In this document: positions 43,604 through 57,086 of the stretch, one piece after another
How positions within the stretch are numbered: the stretch's first letter is position 1
How the letters are laid out: each line of letters starts with the position of its first letter
Origin: the human T2T-CHM13v2.0 reference genome, Homo sapiens
Reading direction: 5' to 3' (one strand)
Assembly: GCF_009914755.1 (NCBI RefSeq)
Contig: NC_060936.1
Length of the DNA: 64,000 nucleotides
Program-made: the position numbers and the translations under genes
The notes under the pieces: generated by a model
What the model saw: the letters and a program-made list of their open reading frames with translations, nothing else
Told to the model about the DNA's origin: nothing
Databases searched by the model: none

Positions 43604-44432
43604 GTGAGTCCAGCAGCCCCACTGTGGAGTGGGAACGGGAGGGGCTGCGGGAAAGCCAAGCCAGGACGCTGGGTGGCAGACCGTTAGAACAGCTTTCATT
43701 ACTCACTGAAAGCACTGGGAATCTGGAGGCTGTCCTGGACACGCACATACAAATGGCAGCAGAACGTATGCCCAGGTCAAAGGCACTTTGAATTCATTTT
43801 GTCCCCGCTTCCCTGTCTTAGTAGGGCAGGTGGTCAAGAGCTGGTTTTATGAGTGGACACCCAGGGCATGGGCCCTGACCCCCAGACAGCTGCCCAGCAA
43901 AGGCGGGCTGCAGGCTCCGAGAGGACACGGGCTAAAAATGAAGAGGTGAGTCACTGCTGGAGCTCTGTCCAGGCGTGGACATCTGTGGTACAGCTGGGGA
44001 CTGAGCAAGGGCACTGCGGAAAAGTCCCTCGGGTGAGACAGGCCACCGGGGAACATGCGACTCCCCGGGGCAGGGAGGCATCCCTGGGCCAGGCACTAGG
44101 ACCTGGCCTGCTGAGGATGCAGAGTCCCAGGTCTCACGGTTGTACAGTCACCGGGACCTTCACTCTGAAACATTTGACCACATGCCCGGCTGGACAGCTC
44201 AGACAGGGCCTGTAAGGAGCGTGTGATCAAGAAGCCACTCTTCTTGCCTCTGTTCTCGCCGCCCCTTTGAACTCCTCCACTTCAACTTCTTCTGTGGCTA
44301 CTTTCAAACCCTCAGGGATGTTCAGTGTTACTTCTGCATTCCCTAAAAATAGGCAAGAGCCCGGGGCTCTCCCTAGGAAAGACAAAGATTTCGCTGACAC
44401 CGCAGTTCTCTCGTCTTTTCTTCTTCTCAAAA

Positions 44433-44875
44433 GTGTATATGCATATGTGTGTGTGTATGTGTGTAGATGTGTAGACATGTGTGTATACGTGTGTGGGTAC
44501 ATGTGTGTATATGTATGTATGTGCATGTGTTAGTGTGTATATTTGTGTGTCCATGTATGTGCATTTGCATATGTGTGTGCATATGTGTATGTGTGTATTT
44601 GTGTGTTTGTGTATATGTGTGCATATGTGTTTACATGTGTATATGTAGGTACATGTGTGTATGTGCATACATGTGTATGTGTATATATGTATTTGTGTTA
44701 TGTGTGTGCTTGTGTGTACACATGTGTATTGTGTATGCATCTGTGTGTATGTGTGTATATTTGTGTTTATGTGTATATACATGTTTATGTGTGTACATGT
44801 ATATGTGTGTGCATATGTGTGCTTGTGTGTATGTGCATATGTGTTTATGTGCATGCATAAGTGTGTGTGTGTCTA
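44433..44875 (+). repeat. Long TG/TA-rich alternating purine-pyrimidine tract
   Basis: ~440 nt of gtgtatgtgtgcatat-type units. Confidence 0.95.
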
Positions 44876-45439
44876 AATGTATTGATTATCTTGGTGATTT
44901 CACACAGAGAGGCATGAGGTGTGGTGATGAGAGCAGGGCCCAGCTGAGCCTGCGAAAATTTCCCTGGCACCATGCTGAGGCTTGTGCCTGGCGTGCCTGG
45001 AAGCATACCCCTAATATGCTTATATTTAATCTTCATTCACTACCTTTATTATCATCCCTGCTTTATGGATGGGGACACTGAGGCACAGAAAGGGCAGGCC
45101 AATTGCCCAGATCACACAGCCGGGACATGGTAGGGCCAGGGTTCAAACCCAGGCAGCCGAGCGTGCACATGGCAAGGAGACCCCTTCCTTGTCTGTAAGC
45201 CTCCTTGGAAGGCGAGCGGCCTCCAATGCGCTCAGATGGCCTTGTTTCAGGGCTCTCTCTGCAGGTCACAGAAAAGCCTTGCAGTTGTCAGGCATGACGA
45301 CCTCAGTCCTCCTGCCTCCATGTCACGGTCCACTGGGACCCACTGACAGCCTTCCCCCACATCCACCCTAGCAGCCTCCAGTTTGGCTTTCTACTTAGGA
45401 TAGGCTGTGTGACCTCAGGCAGTCACTTAACCTCTCTGA

Positions 45440-46120
<681 letters not shown>

Positions 46121-47114
46121 TGAAAAGCCAGTGACTTCAGAAGCTTGTGGAGGAAGGTCTTCCTTCCCAGGGGTGTATGGTGCATACATATGCATACACC
46201 CTTCTCCCCTTCTCTCCAACACGGGACCCGCTCTTTACGACCCCTTGTCAGGGATACCCCAATACCTCTTTTCTATTAAATATCTACTTTCTCTGCCCAA
46301 TTTTTCTCTGCCTCCAAACTCTCCTTTCTTTCATCCAACTTTGTTTATGTGCATATGTGTGTATATGTGAGGAACTTTGGAAGCGATTTGGATCAGATCA
46401 TTCTTTACCTGCTTCAAAACCTCTGCAGATTCTCCCATCCCTGGCAGATAAAGCCCCAATCCCTTAGCACAGCATAAGGGCCTCCGTAGACCTAGTACCT
46501 TCTTCCCTCTGCCCTTCCTACAGCGCTGGGCCTGGAGCAGACACCCCGATCTTGAAAGACCCCCTTTTCTGCTCCTCAGGCCTCACATTTCAAGTCCCTT
46601 TTCCTTCTGAGACTGGCCACAAGAGCCTCCTGCCCTGCCCACTGGCTAGCCCCTGGCTCAGATGAATTTATGGAAATTTCGTCTTTTCCTCCCCTCTTTG
46701 ACATTTGCAGACCATCTGGTGCTGTGAGAAATAGAAGCTTCCACAGTACCGGCTTTCAATTGAGGGGCGGTCCCCAGCCCACAGCAGCGGATCTGAATAG
46801 GTCAGAGGTCACGGTCACTGGGGCCATCAGTGTGGGCTGCTCTCTGGGGCTTTGACATTTGTAGTGCACTCATGTTCTGCCTGCTGTCTGGTGTGCACAT
46901 ATCTCTGACGGTTATCCACACAGGGCAGCCTGTTTCAGGGGAAACTTCCAGAACCCAGGTGGGCATAGTCATGAAGGCACTCTTGATAAGCGGGCTTCTA
47001 GATCAAGATGAATGGCACAAGGGGGCCAGGATTAGTAGAGTGGGGCAAGGGACTTTCAGGACATCGCCCAAACACAGAAATCACCACAAATGGTATTTCG
47101 CTGCAATGTTTTAA

Positions 47115-47505
<391 letters not shown>

Positions 47506-48779
47506 TGAGACTCCACCTTGCCCGCATCCTGCCCTGCCCTGGGTAGCTATTGTGGCCAAGGGGTCATTAGTCCCTGAGATAAGAAGAAATTAGTTCTTGC
47601 CGAAGACTTTCTCCAGGGAAGCAGAAGACTACTGGGTCTGGGTGGGTGAGCATTTGGGAAATGTGAATTTCCATGTGTCTGTGTTCCAGAAAGAATGCCC
47701 CCTCCCCCCACCGCTTTCGTCCTAGTCAGTGACAGTAGTTCAGCCAGTCATTCTGGTCAAGTGGCCCAAGGGCTGAAGAGGGCCTGGCTTGCCTAAGAAT
47801 TGAAGCAAATGGAATCCGTAGTCCCATTGTTTTTTTCCCAGAATGTTCCAAATATTCAAACCTCTGGTTAGTTTGGTCTGTTTGGGCAGCAGACTTCCAG
47901 CGTTCTTTCCTGGGCGACATGGAAATGGGCTGTAAATTCACCTGGTGACAGGTGCATGCCTGTCACCCTGTGGGCTCTCAGGAAGCGGCCCCACCCTCTG
48001 TCAGTGTCCGGCATGCACCTTACTCCTGCTGCTGCAGGGCCTGCGCCCTGCTGTTCCCTCCACATGGTGCGCTAATTCTCACTGCTTGGCTATTCAGATC
48101 TTATCTTTGAAAATCGCCTCCTCCAAGAAGCCTTCCCTGAACACTCCAAAGCCTTAAGTTGTCCCTTTGACTATTCTTGGTTGCAGCACCTCATTAAGTT
48201 CCTTCCCTTAGACTCACAGCCTTAGCTTCCTGGTGCATTGACAGGCTCCCTCATCAGACTGGGCCCTCCACAGGGCAGGGGCCTGCTGTCTTACGCCTGC
48301 CCGTTCTGAGGTCCGGCCAAGGCTGGGTGCGGAATGGGAGCCTGAGAACATCTTCAAAGTGCTGCCCTCAGTTTGGGGGTGTCCAAAGAGCGGATTCTGA
48401 CACCCGGCTTCCCGCCCCTGATCTTGGGCTTTCTGCTGTAAGCTGAATGGAAGTGAGTGTGTCTGGGCACACTTTCACCCCTCCTGGAGTCTACCTCTGC
48501 TCTCTTCGCCCTATTAGCCTCTCCCACATTCCTGCTTTTCAAAGCAGTCCGTGGACACCCCCAGCTGCCCCGCTTGCAGAATGGAAGGATGGATCCTCAG
48601 GAGTGGGGTGGGGGGCGTCTGTGTGGCTGGGCGCTGGAAATGCAGACATCCTTTGCCAGGCATCTGATAAGAAAACAGTAAGGAAGGGAAACACGTGTTC
48701 TTCTCTCTTGGGAGGAAGGAAAAGAAGGGAAAGACCGGCAGGACCCTTGTTCATGAGCGAGGACCTGCCTGGAAAAAAT

Positions 48780-50010
48780 GCAGGAACAGCCAGATGCCGG
48801 GGGATTCCCGGAAGTGCTGCTCATCGCCCCCGCCGCCCCCCACCCACAGGTTCCACCCAATGCTTTCCACCCTTAAGGCCCAAAGAGCTGGCCCTGGGTG
48901 TGCGGGTAACCGAGACGCCAGTACTAGGGCTGTGGTGGCCCTCCTCCCCATCGATTGTAAGTTACAGAGAAAAAGAAAACTCTAAAATAAAGTTTCTCAA
49001 GCTGCTTTTATTGGGACTTCAAATGAGATGGAGAAAACCTCCAAGAGCACCACGAAATAGGATGATGATGATTACTCGTATGTCTTGGGATGACTTGGGG
49101 ACCCCACAAGGCACCCTCGGTGCGCCAGTGTGGTGCTTGTTCCGGGAGTGGGGGACACACGCGCCTCGTGGGACTCCAGCTGCTGGCTGGGCGCGCAGTG
49201 CCCAGGAGCGGGAGGGCCTCGGCGGAGGCGCCGGGCCGGGGCTGTTGCCCACCGCGCAGGCCGGGGCGGGGAGAGGAAGGGGGAGGAGGAGGCGCCTAGA
49301 AAAGGAGGCGCGGGCCGGGGAGGTGCGGAGAGGGCCGGGCGGCAACGTGCGCCTCGGGGCTGGGCCGGCCTGCGGGATCGCAGCGCAGCGCAGAGGCGAG
49401 GCCGGGCCCGGCGGGCGGGAGCCGCGGAGGGCGGAGGGCGGAGGCCGGCGGCGCTGGCAGGAGCGCGGCCCACGGCGGCGAGCAGGCTGCAGGCCCGCGG
49501 GGATCCGGGGCGCGGGGGGCGCCGGGCCTGATCGCCGCCTCTCGCGGTGCCCGCAGGTCCCCGGGCGCGCAGCTCTCGCCCCGCCGCCGCCTGCCCCGGG
49601 CCCCGGAGCGCGGTGGAGAAGCCCCCGGAGGAGCGGGGGGCCCGCGCCCCGCGCCCCCCAGACATGGTGGGCCACCTGCATCTGCAGGGCATGGAGGACA
49701 GCCTGAAGGAGCAGGGCCGGGAGGGCTTGCTGGACAGCCCCGACTCCGGGCTGCCCCCCAGCCCCAGCCCCAGCCCGCCCTTCTACTCCCTGGCGCCCGG
49801 CATCCTCGACGCGCGCGCGGGGGGCGCCGGCGCCTCCTCGGAGCCCCCGGGACCCAGCGAGGCCAGAGCGGTAAGGAGGCGCTCTCTCTCCCAAACGGGG
49901 GACCGCGTGGGCGGGTGGGTGAGGGCTGCCCCCAGAGACGCGCGCCACTGCAGCAGCAGGACGTGCCTCCTCCTCTACCTGCCCCGCAACCACGAAGGTG
50001 GCCAGTGACA
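48780..50010. promoter_or_regulatory. RFLNA: CpG island / RFLNA promoter with GC boxes and G-runs
   Basis: Very high GC and CpG density (core ~49140-49950), several GGGCGG/GGGGCGGGG SP/KLF-type motifs, directly upstream of and overlapping the ATG exon. Confidence 0.9.
49664..49870 (+). CDS. RFLNA: Refilin A (FAM101A), first coding exon: codons 1-69, phase-0 donor; remaining exons lie beyond the window
   Basis: Strong Kozak gacATGg at 49664 inside a CpG island. 207 nt translate to MVGHLHLQGMEDSLKEQGREGLLDSPDSGLPPSPSPSPPFYSLAPGILDARAGGAGASSEPPGPSEARA, which I recognise as the refilin A N-terminus with its DSG(X)3S motif (DSGLPPS, 49742-49762). Followed by canonical donor GCG|GTAAGG at 49871. 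Confidence 0.95.
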
Positions 50011-50303
50011 GCCACGCTTCTCAGGTGGGGACCAGGGTGTGTAGGGGGAGGTGATCCAGGCTGACCCCGGACCTGGAGACGGCTCCCTGGCGGTGGGCCT
50101 CCCTCCAGAGTGATTCTTCCTATTGTCAGTAATAATGGGGGGCTCATGGGGCGGGGTAAAGGACGGTCCGAAATTCCCAAAGAAGTTGGCTGTTGGCTAG
50201 GTGGGCTTGCGCCCAGAGGCCCAGCATGTTGCAGACATCTGGACCCGGCCCCTCTGCTGCTCCGGGTGCCCTGTTTACTGTCCGGGCGCTGCCAATGTGA
50301 AAG

Positions 50304-50308
50304 CCTTT

Positions 50309-50352
<44 letters not shown>

Positions 50353-50379
50353 TTTCTTTCTTTCTTTCTTTCTTTCTTT

Positions 50380-50440
<61 letters not shown>

Positions 50441-50443
50441 TTC

Positions 50444-50494
<51 letters not shown>

Positions 50495-50540
50495 CTTTTC
50501 TTTTCTTTTCTTTTCTTTTCTTTTCTTTTTTCTTTTTTTT
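50304..50540 (+). repeat. (TTTC)n/(TC)n/(TTTTC)n compound microsatellite in RFLNA intron 1
   Basis: ~237 nt pure pyrimidine run with no adjacent Alu. Confidence 0.95.
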
Positions 50541-51749
50541 AAATAACCAAACCCAGACAGGATTCCTTCCTTCCCGGGATGTTAAGGCATGTTGACGTGG
50601 AGCTTAGGCGGGAGGGGGAGGCTGGAACCTCGGGTCAGGAAACTCAGGAGTTTGTCTCCTGCCAGACTAAGTCCAGCCTGGGGGTGGACTCCGGTGGGGA
50701 CCCAGCTTGGCGCCTTGCCTGAGACTGGGCACCCCCCGGCAGGCGGGGAAGCATATGGGCCGAGCGGGCGCCTTTGCAGCCTGAGGAAATGACAAGTTGA
50801 AATGAGTGATTGCCCATCCCTGCCCGCTCTCTGGCTGCGCCCTGCCCACCTTAACAGCTTTACTGCTGGGGCGTGTGTGCTGGCTCCACTCCCCTTTCCT
50901 GGGGCCCCGGGGATTCTTGCCTGGCACTCACAGGGCAAAAAAGGCCTCCCCGCCGCTGAAAATCCTCCTCCCCACAGCGGAAAGGAGCGGCTCCCCGGCC
51001 TCAAGCCTCAGGATATGACCTTCATTCGTGCCTTGCTTGTTTCTTAGCCTGGTGGGTCCCAAACTTGGTCGCCCATTGGAATCACTTGGAGAATCTTTAA
51101 AACCCACCCACACTCACCGCCCAGATAGTCTCACTGAATTGATAGGGGGTGCAGCTCGGCATCAGGAGGGTTTCAGTCTCCCTGGGTGATTGTACTGTTC
51201 AGCAAAGTCTGGGAGTCACTATCTTAGACCAAATCATGCAGCAAATTTGAACTTTGGTCTCTTTATGGGAGCCTGGCGGGTGGAAGGGGCAGTGAGGACT
51301 TCCAGGAGTTGATAGAGGTGACCAGGGCTGTTTGAAGTGAACCTGATCTTGCTGTCTAAAGGGGGCCAGCTTTCCTGCCAGAGCCTCTGGGACTTGGCAC
51401 TGTCGCCCATTTGAGCTGCACACTTTGGGACTGAATCCCCGTGGTGCCTTGCACAGTGGGGCTTGGAGAAAAACGACCGGGAATCCGCCTTCTCCTTGGT
51501 TCCTTCCATGACCCAGAAGCCTCCTTACAGAGGGTTTTCTGGAAGCGTTCTCTGCCATCCGGGCCAGCCCGTGGCTGCCGCAAGAATAGCATGGCTGGCT
51601 TACTTGTCTTGGCTCTTCTACTTGACTTTATTTTTTCCCCTTCCTGCTCACTAGATGCCAGGTATGAAACTGTGTTGCCCTGATCTTCTAATTTGGCTTA
51701 AAAGCAAAGCCCGGGGCTGTTTCCTCATGGGTTATGATACTTGGCATTT

Positions 51750-51980
51750 AGATAGCTCATACCGTGTGCCAGGATAACTGTCCTAAGCTCTTTATTTACA
51801 CCAATTCATTTAATTTTCACTATATTCCCATGAAGCCTACACTCCAATTAGCCCCATTTTCCAGAGGCGGAAGCCAAGGCACAGAGGAGGTTAGCAACCT
51901 GCCCAAAGTTGCCCAGCCAGGAAGCGGCTGTGCTGGGCTAGACCCAGAGAGTCTGACTGCAGAGTCTGCCCTTCAACCTC
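51750..51980 (-). mobile_element. MIR
   Basis: ccccattttccagaggcggaagccaaggcacagaggaggttagcaacctgcccaaag. Confidence 0.75.
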
Positions 51981-53669
51981 ATATTATCCCCCTTTTCACT
52001 GTGCAGCTAATTAACTACCTGTGATTTTTTTTTATTGGAAAACAAAATGCCTGTGTACCTACCAGGTTTGAAGGGCTGCTTTCAATAAAAGGGAGAAAGG
52101 ATTGCCTGGCGCCCACTCTTCTCAGCTTTGGGGCTTGCCGCTGTGGCCATGCCCACCCACCCATCGCCCACCCCACAGGGCGCCCCACCTCCCCGTTAAC
52201 TCCCGCTAAACTTTGCTGAGCGGTGTTTAACCGCACCCTGCTCACTGACGACTCAGGGAGAGTGCTTTTTAGGTGCAAATATCGGCACCCCATACTGTCT
52301 CAGGACAAAGAGGCGGAAACCTGTGCTGCGCCTCGCGGCTGAGGGTTTCCAACACCCGAGGAAGAGGATGGGGTGAGCGGTGCCGGGTTTCCATGTGGGC
52401 CTCAGGTTCAGACCGCGTTTGGCAGGGTGGGTGTCTTTGTTCCACTATCCAGTGAACGACACCACCTTTCTGATAAAAGTTGGTGGCATATGCCTCAGCT
52501 GCTGGGATGGACTGCAGTCCCGCCCTCAAATCTAAGCCACTGAGGTCCTCACCACCTTGTCACCTACTTTAGGAGGCTGGACGGACGTGCATGTTAAACC
52601 TGCCTACGCTTCACTTCATTAAAGAGGCCCCCCCACTTTGTTTGAATAAGCTGGACTTGCCTCCTGGACGCCCCCCACCCACTAAGGCAGGGTATCTGGG
52701 AAGCGGCTGGCTGTAAGATCACTCCCCAAGACATCAAAGGCCCTGGGGGCCAGGCTGGATATGAATGAACCCCCTCCCCACTCACCATGGGCTTTTTGTG
52801 CTCACTCTTGGAGCAAAGGTGGGAACATTCCCGATCACTCCCAAGCCAGACGAAGAGCTGGGAATCAGGCATTGGTCCCCCCAGTACTTACTGAGCACCT
52901 ACTGTGTGTCACGCTCTGTTTGGGGCCATGGAGGACACAGCAGTGAACAAGATGCTGACGGTCCCTGCCCTCATGAACTGGCATCCTAGCGGAAGAGACA
53001 CAGCCACCAGCTGAACTATGTGTGGCAGCAGCAGGTGGATGGAGAAGTGTCCTTAAGGCCAGAAGCTGGGTGAGAGGTGAGCTTTAGGCAGGTAGACAGG
53101 GAGGTGGTGGTTAATAGAAACCCACACACACTCAGGGTACGAACTTTACAGTTCTAGGGCTGAGATGTGCTCAGTCCGAGACAATGGCATGTGCAAAGGT
53201 CCTGAGGCACAAGCAAGCTAGGCATGGCCTGTTCGGGTGATGGGTGCACAAAAATCTCAGAAATCACCACTAAAGAACTTATGCATGTAACCAAATGCCT
53301 TGAGGAGCCACAAAGAGGCAGGGACCACCGGAGGGCCGGGAGAGGCCAGGTCAGTGACTTCTAGGTGAAGCTGAGGCCAAAAGTTAAAATTCCATTTGGT
53401 CTTTTAAAAACTACTTGTGACTGTTCTATTTTTATTTTTAAAAAGCCATCATGAGCTTCCATTCCACACTCCCCAAATTAGAAACTCAAATGAGAGACTT
53501 GAGTGAGGAGGGTGCCCGTGCGGGACGCAGAATGTGGCCATTTTGCATCAGTGTAGGGCGTGTCTCCATGCGGGCAGGGACCTGTCTCCTGTATGGCCCA
53601 GGACAGCAGAGCCTGCCCACTGGGCCTGGTGGCAGAGGAGATTGTCTGTCAGCTGCATTCAGCCCACAG

Positions 53670-54099
53670 TTTTTTTAAATTTATTTTTTAATGTTTTCTT
53701 TCCATAGGTTTTGGGGGAACAGGTGGTATTTGGTGACATGAGTCAATTCTTTAGTGGCGATTTGTGGGATTTTGGTGCACCCACCACCCAAGCAGTACAC
53801 ACTGAACCCAATTTGTCATCTCTTATCCCTCACCCTCTTCCCACCCTTTCCCCTGAGTCCCCAAAGTCCATTGTGTCATTCTTATGCCTTTGCATCCTCA
53901 TAGCTGAGCTCCCACTTATAAATGAGAAATACAGTGTTTGGTTTTCCATTCCTGAGTTACTTCACTTAGAATAATGGTCTCCAATTCCATCCAGGTTGCT
54001 TCAAATGCCATGATTTCATTCCTTTTTATGGCTGAGTAGCATTCCATGGCGTATATATATACCACAGTTTCTTTATCCACTCTGATTGATGGGCATTTG
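53670..54099 (-). mobile_element. 5'-truncated L1PB 3' end
   Basis: Poly-T then ggttttgggggaacaggtggtatttgg...; TSD tcagc(c/t)cacag at 53659-53669 and 54100-54110. Confidence 0.9.
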
Positions 54100-54891
54100 T
54101 CAGCTCACAGATATTTAAAGCGGGGTGGGTGAGTAACACAGCTGCTGCCTCTGCTGCCTTTGAGCTCCCAGGGCCTGGACTGTCACTGCAGATTGAGCAA
54201 ACACCCATTGCTCTTCTCCTCCTCCCTGCCCTGCCCGGCAGAGCTGTGGGCATTTAGGGGTTGGCATCGTGGAGGAATGAGGATGGCTTTGAGGCAGATC
54301 TATCTCCCTAAGTGAATATGGGCAGTTCGGAGAAGTAGCCCTGTGCCATCTTACTGCACTCAGGGAGGCTGAAAGTGGCATTTGGGATCTTCCATTGTGT
54401 TCTCTGGGGTTCATGTTCAAATGAACAGCCCCCCTGTGGCAAGCAAAGGACTCAGCCTGTTATGGGGCAATGGCAGGTGGTGACAGATCTGAGCTGTTGC
54501 TGCCTCCCAGATGCAGAGACGGGGCCTCTGGCCCTGGACTGCACCCACAGCTGGTGGCCTGGGCTCTGTCACCTTCAGGGCTCCTTCCCTCCATCCAGCC
54601 TCCCTCAGTCTTGTTTATGCAGTGGGTGGATTTCTGAAGAGTGTACGTGAGAGCTTCCCTAAGGAAGACGTGCTGGATCCCTGGACCCACATTGCAAGAG
54701 AAGCCATCCCTAAGAACTCCCCTGGGGGCCCAGCTCTTGGAGGCCGCCTGAGGTCTCAGCCATCCCTTTGGACCTTGGCTGGGACCCTTGGGACTCTTGG
54801 ATTTTCTCATTTCTGCTTCTTGTCTGTGATGGTGAAACTGAGTATGAGAGAGGAGAGGGAAGGGAGCTAGGGAGGTAGTGCTGAGGTTGGG

Positions 54892-55338
54892 AAGGATGGA
54901 TGGATGGATGGATGGATAGATAGATGGATGGATGGATGGATGGACAGAAGAATGGGTGGATGGATGGATGGATGGATGGATCGATGGGCAAATAGATAGA
55001 AGGATGGATCGATGGGCAAATAGATAGAAGGATGGATGGATGGGCAGAAGGGTGGATGGATGCATGGATGGATGGATGGATGGATGGATGGATTGACGGA
55101 TGGATGGATGGATGGATGGATGGATGGATGGATGGACAGAAGAATGGGTGGATGGATGGATGGACAGAAGAATGGGTGGATGGATGGATGGATGAATAGA
55201 TGGGCAAATAGAAGGATGGATGGATGGGCAGAAGGGTGGATGGATGGATGGATGGATGGATGGAAGGATGGATGGATTGATGGATGGATAGATGGATGGA
55301 TGGAGGATGAATGGATGAACAGATGGCTGAACAGATGG
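54892..55338 (+). repeat. (GGAT)n repeat with higher-order units
   Basis: ggatggat runs punctuated by recurring cagaagaatgggt and gggcaaatag(atag)aag units. Confidence 0.95.
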
Positions 55339-56164
55339 ACTCAGGAAAACAGGGATCGGTCCCCATGGCCCCCTGGCAGGCTTACAGGTGTGTTCCTGTG
55401 AAGGTGTCTGAGCAAGCTAAGGTGGAAGACAGCCAGGTATGTCAGGACAAGGTGGGAGGGAGAAGCCTGTTTGCAGAAAGGGAGGCTGTGAGGAGGGAGA
55501 GGAGGGAAAGCCAGAAGCCCTGCGCCTCCTTCCAGCCGCGTCTGCTCGATCCCGGGTGAACTGGCCTCCAGTGGAAATTCAGCAAAGTGTCTGACAGCCC
55601 CGGTCTCCGGGGCAGGCTTACCCAGCTGAGAAACTCAGCTATATCTGCAGCTTTAGTGTGAAAAGAAGACAAATAGGCTCACGGCCTTCCAGGTGCTCTG
55701 GAAACAAGGGAGCCACCTGCATGGGGAAAATGCTGCCAGACAGACTGGGGGCAGCTTTCCCGGAGACAGCTTTCCTGGGGGCAGGTGTGGACTGTCCTGT
55801 CTGCCCTCCAGTGCTCGGCCTCCCTGTGGGGCACGGTACATGGACTGTGGACACTCCTGGTGTGCCATCTGTATCTTAGGATGCACAGGAATCCAGAGGG
55901 GATATTTGTCCACCTTGCAGCAAATCCGGCCTTTATAAGGGCAGGGTCTGGGTTCGCCATTTTTTTGTGTACAGAGATGGGTGTCCCCTATCTGGGAGGC
56001 CGCCTGGCAGTTGTGAGTGGTTGAGAAAGGACAGTGTTCTGAGTGTCTGGGGGGAAGTGGGAGACCCTGCCCCAAGCCCCGCAGCCTGTGCAAAGTGATT
56101 CTTGTGCCCTAGGTTGACGGCCCCCACTCTGTTATTGGCTGGCAGAGCTGTGGGTCCCTGCACT

Positions 56165-56590
56165 CACTTCCCAGAGCTGCCGTGACAAAGTGCCACAGAC
56201 TGGGTGGCTTAACACAGAAGAAATTCATCCTCTCAGAGTTCCGGAGGCCAAGAAGTCTGAAATCGAGCTGACGGCGGGGGCACGCTCCTCTGGAGGCTGT
56301 AAGGGGGTCCGTCCCACCTGCCTCTCCTAGCTGCTGGCCGCATCACGCCAGTCTCTGCCTCTGTCTTTATGTGGCCTTGTCTCTGTGTGTGTCCCCATGT
56401 CCAGATTTCCCTCTTCTTAGAAAGACACCAGTCCTTGGATCAGGGTCCACCCTAATCTAATCTGACCTCATCTTAACTTGATCACATGTGCAAAGACCCT
56501 CTTTCCAAATAAGGTGACAGTTGCAGGTACCAGGGTTTAGGACTTGAACTTATCTTTGTGGGGGACACAAGGCAGGCCACACCCATCTTG
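56165..56590 (-). mobile_element. MLT1B/C LTR
   Basis: gtgacaaagtgccacagactgggtggctt...ctttccaaataaggt...ggggacaca. Confidence 0.8.
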
Positions 56591-57086
56591 CTGACTTGGG
56601 TGCACCAGGCCTGCCCATCTCAGGAGGGAGCCCAGCTGGAGCACTGCCTCCGAGCTGCGACGTTCGAGTTTGTTCACCGTTTCTCTGCCTTGGGTGTCAG
56701 ATCCTGGGCTCGTGGGTTCCTTGCTGGGCCCTTGATAGTTCATGGCTCTCCATATGGCCTGATCCACTCGGGGTCTCCTGGGATCCCCCCCAAGCAGACT
56801 GTGTCCTTTCGATAATCACATTCAGGTGCCCCATAGTGCCACGTTGGGGGAGATCGAGAAAGACCCACCCCTGCGCCGGCCCCCTGCCCCAGGATTCGCC
56901 AATAGCCAAGGCTGTCATCAGAAGGGTGGGAATTCTTGGTGCTTAAATGCCCCTCCTTGGTTCATCTTCCTCATGGGTGATGGTCAAGATTAACCTTAGC
57001 CCAGCCCGTGCGCTTTGGTCTCAGATTCCCAGTGTATATCCCAGACGATCAAGTTCTGACAGCAGCAGGGGTTCTCACCGCCAGGG

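Noticed and set aside
48447-49706. 419-aa ORF and overlapping long antisense ORFs (49019-49993, 49296-50180)
   Set aside because: Stop-codon scarcity in the GC-rich CpG island gives low-complexity G/R/A/P translations. The real reading frame is the RFLNA one starting at 49664.
49547-50008. 153-aa ORF as a complete protein (GTG-initiated extension and read-through past 49870)
   Set aside because: Refilin A similarity ends at the GTAAGG donor, so the tail is intron. The upstream GTG has weak context, and an in-frame TGA lies at 49529-49531.
54460-55401. HPSI- and MDGW-repeat ORFs
   Set aside because: Translations of (GGAT)n; the same applies to 39626-39903 and to the TG-tract ORFs at 44227-45081.
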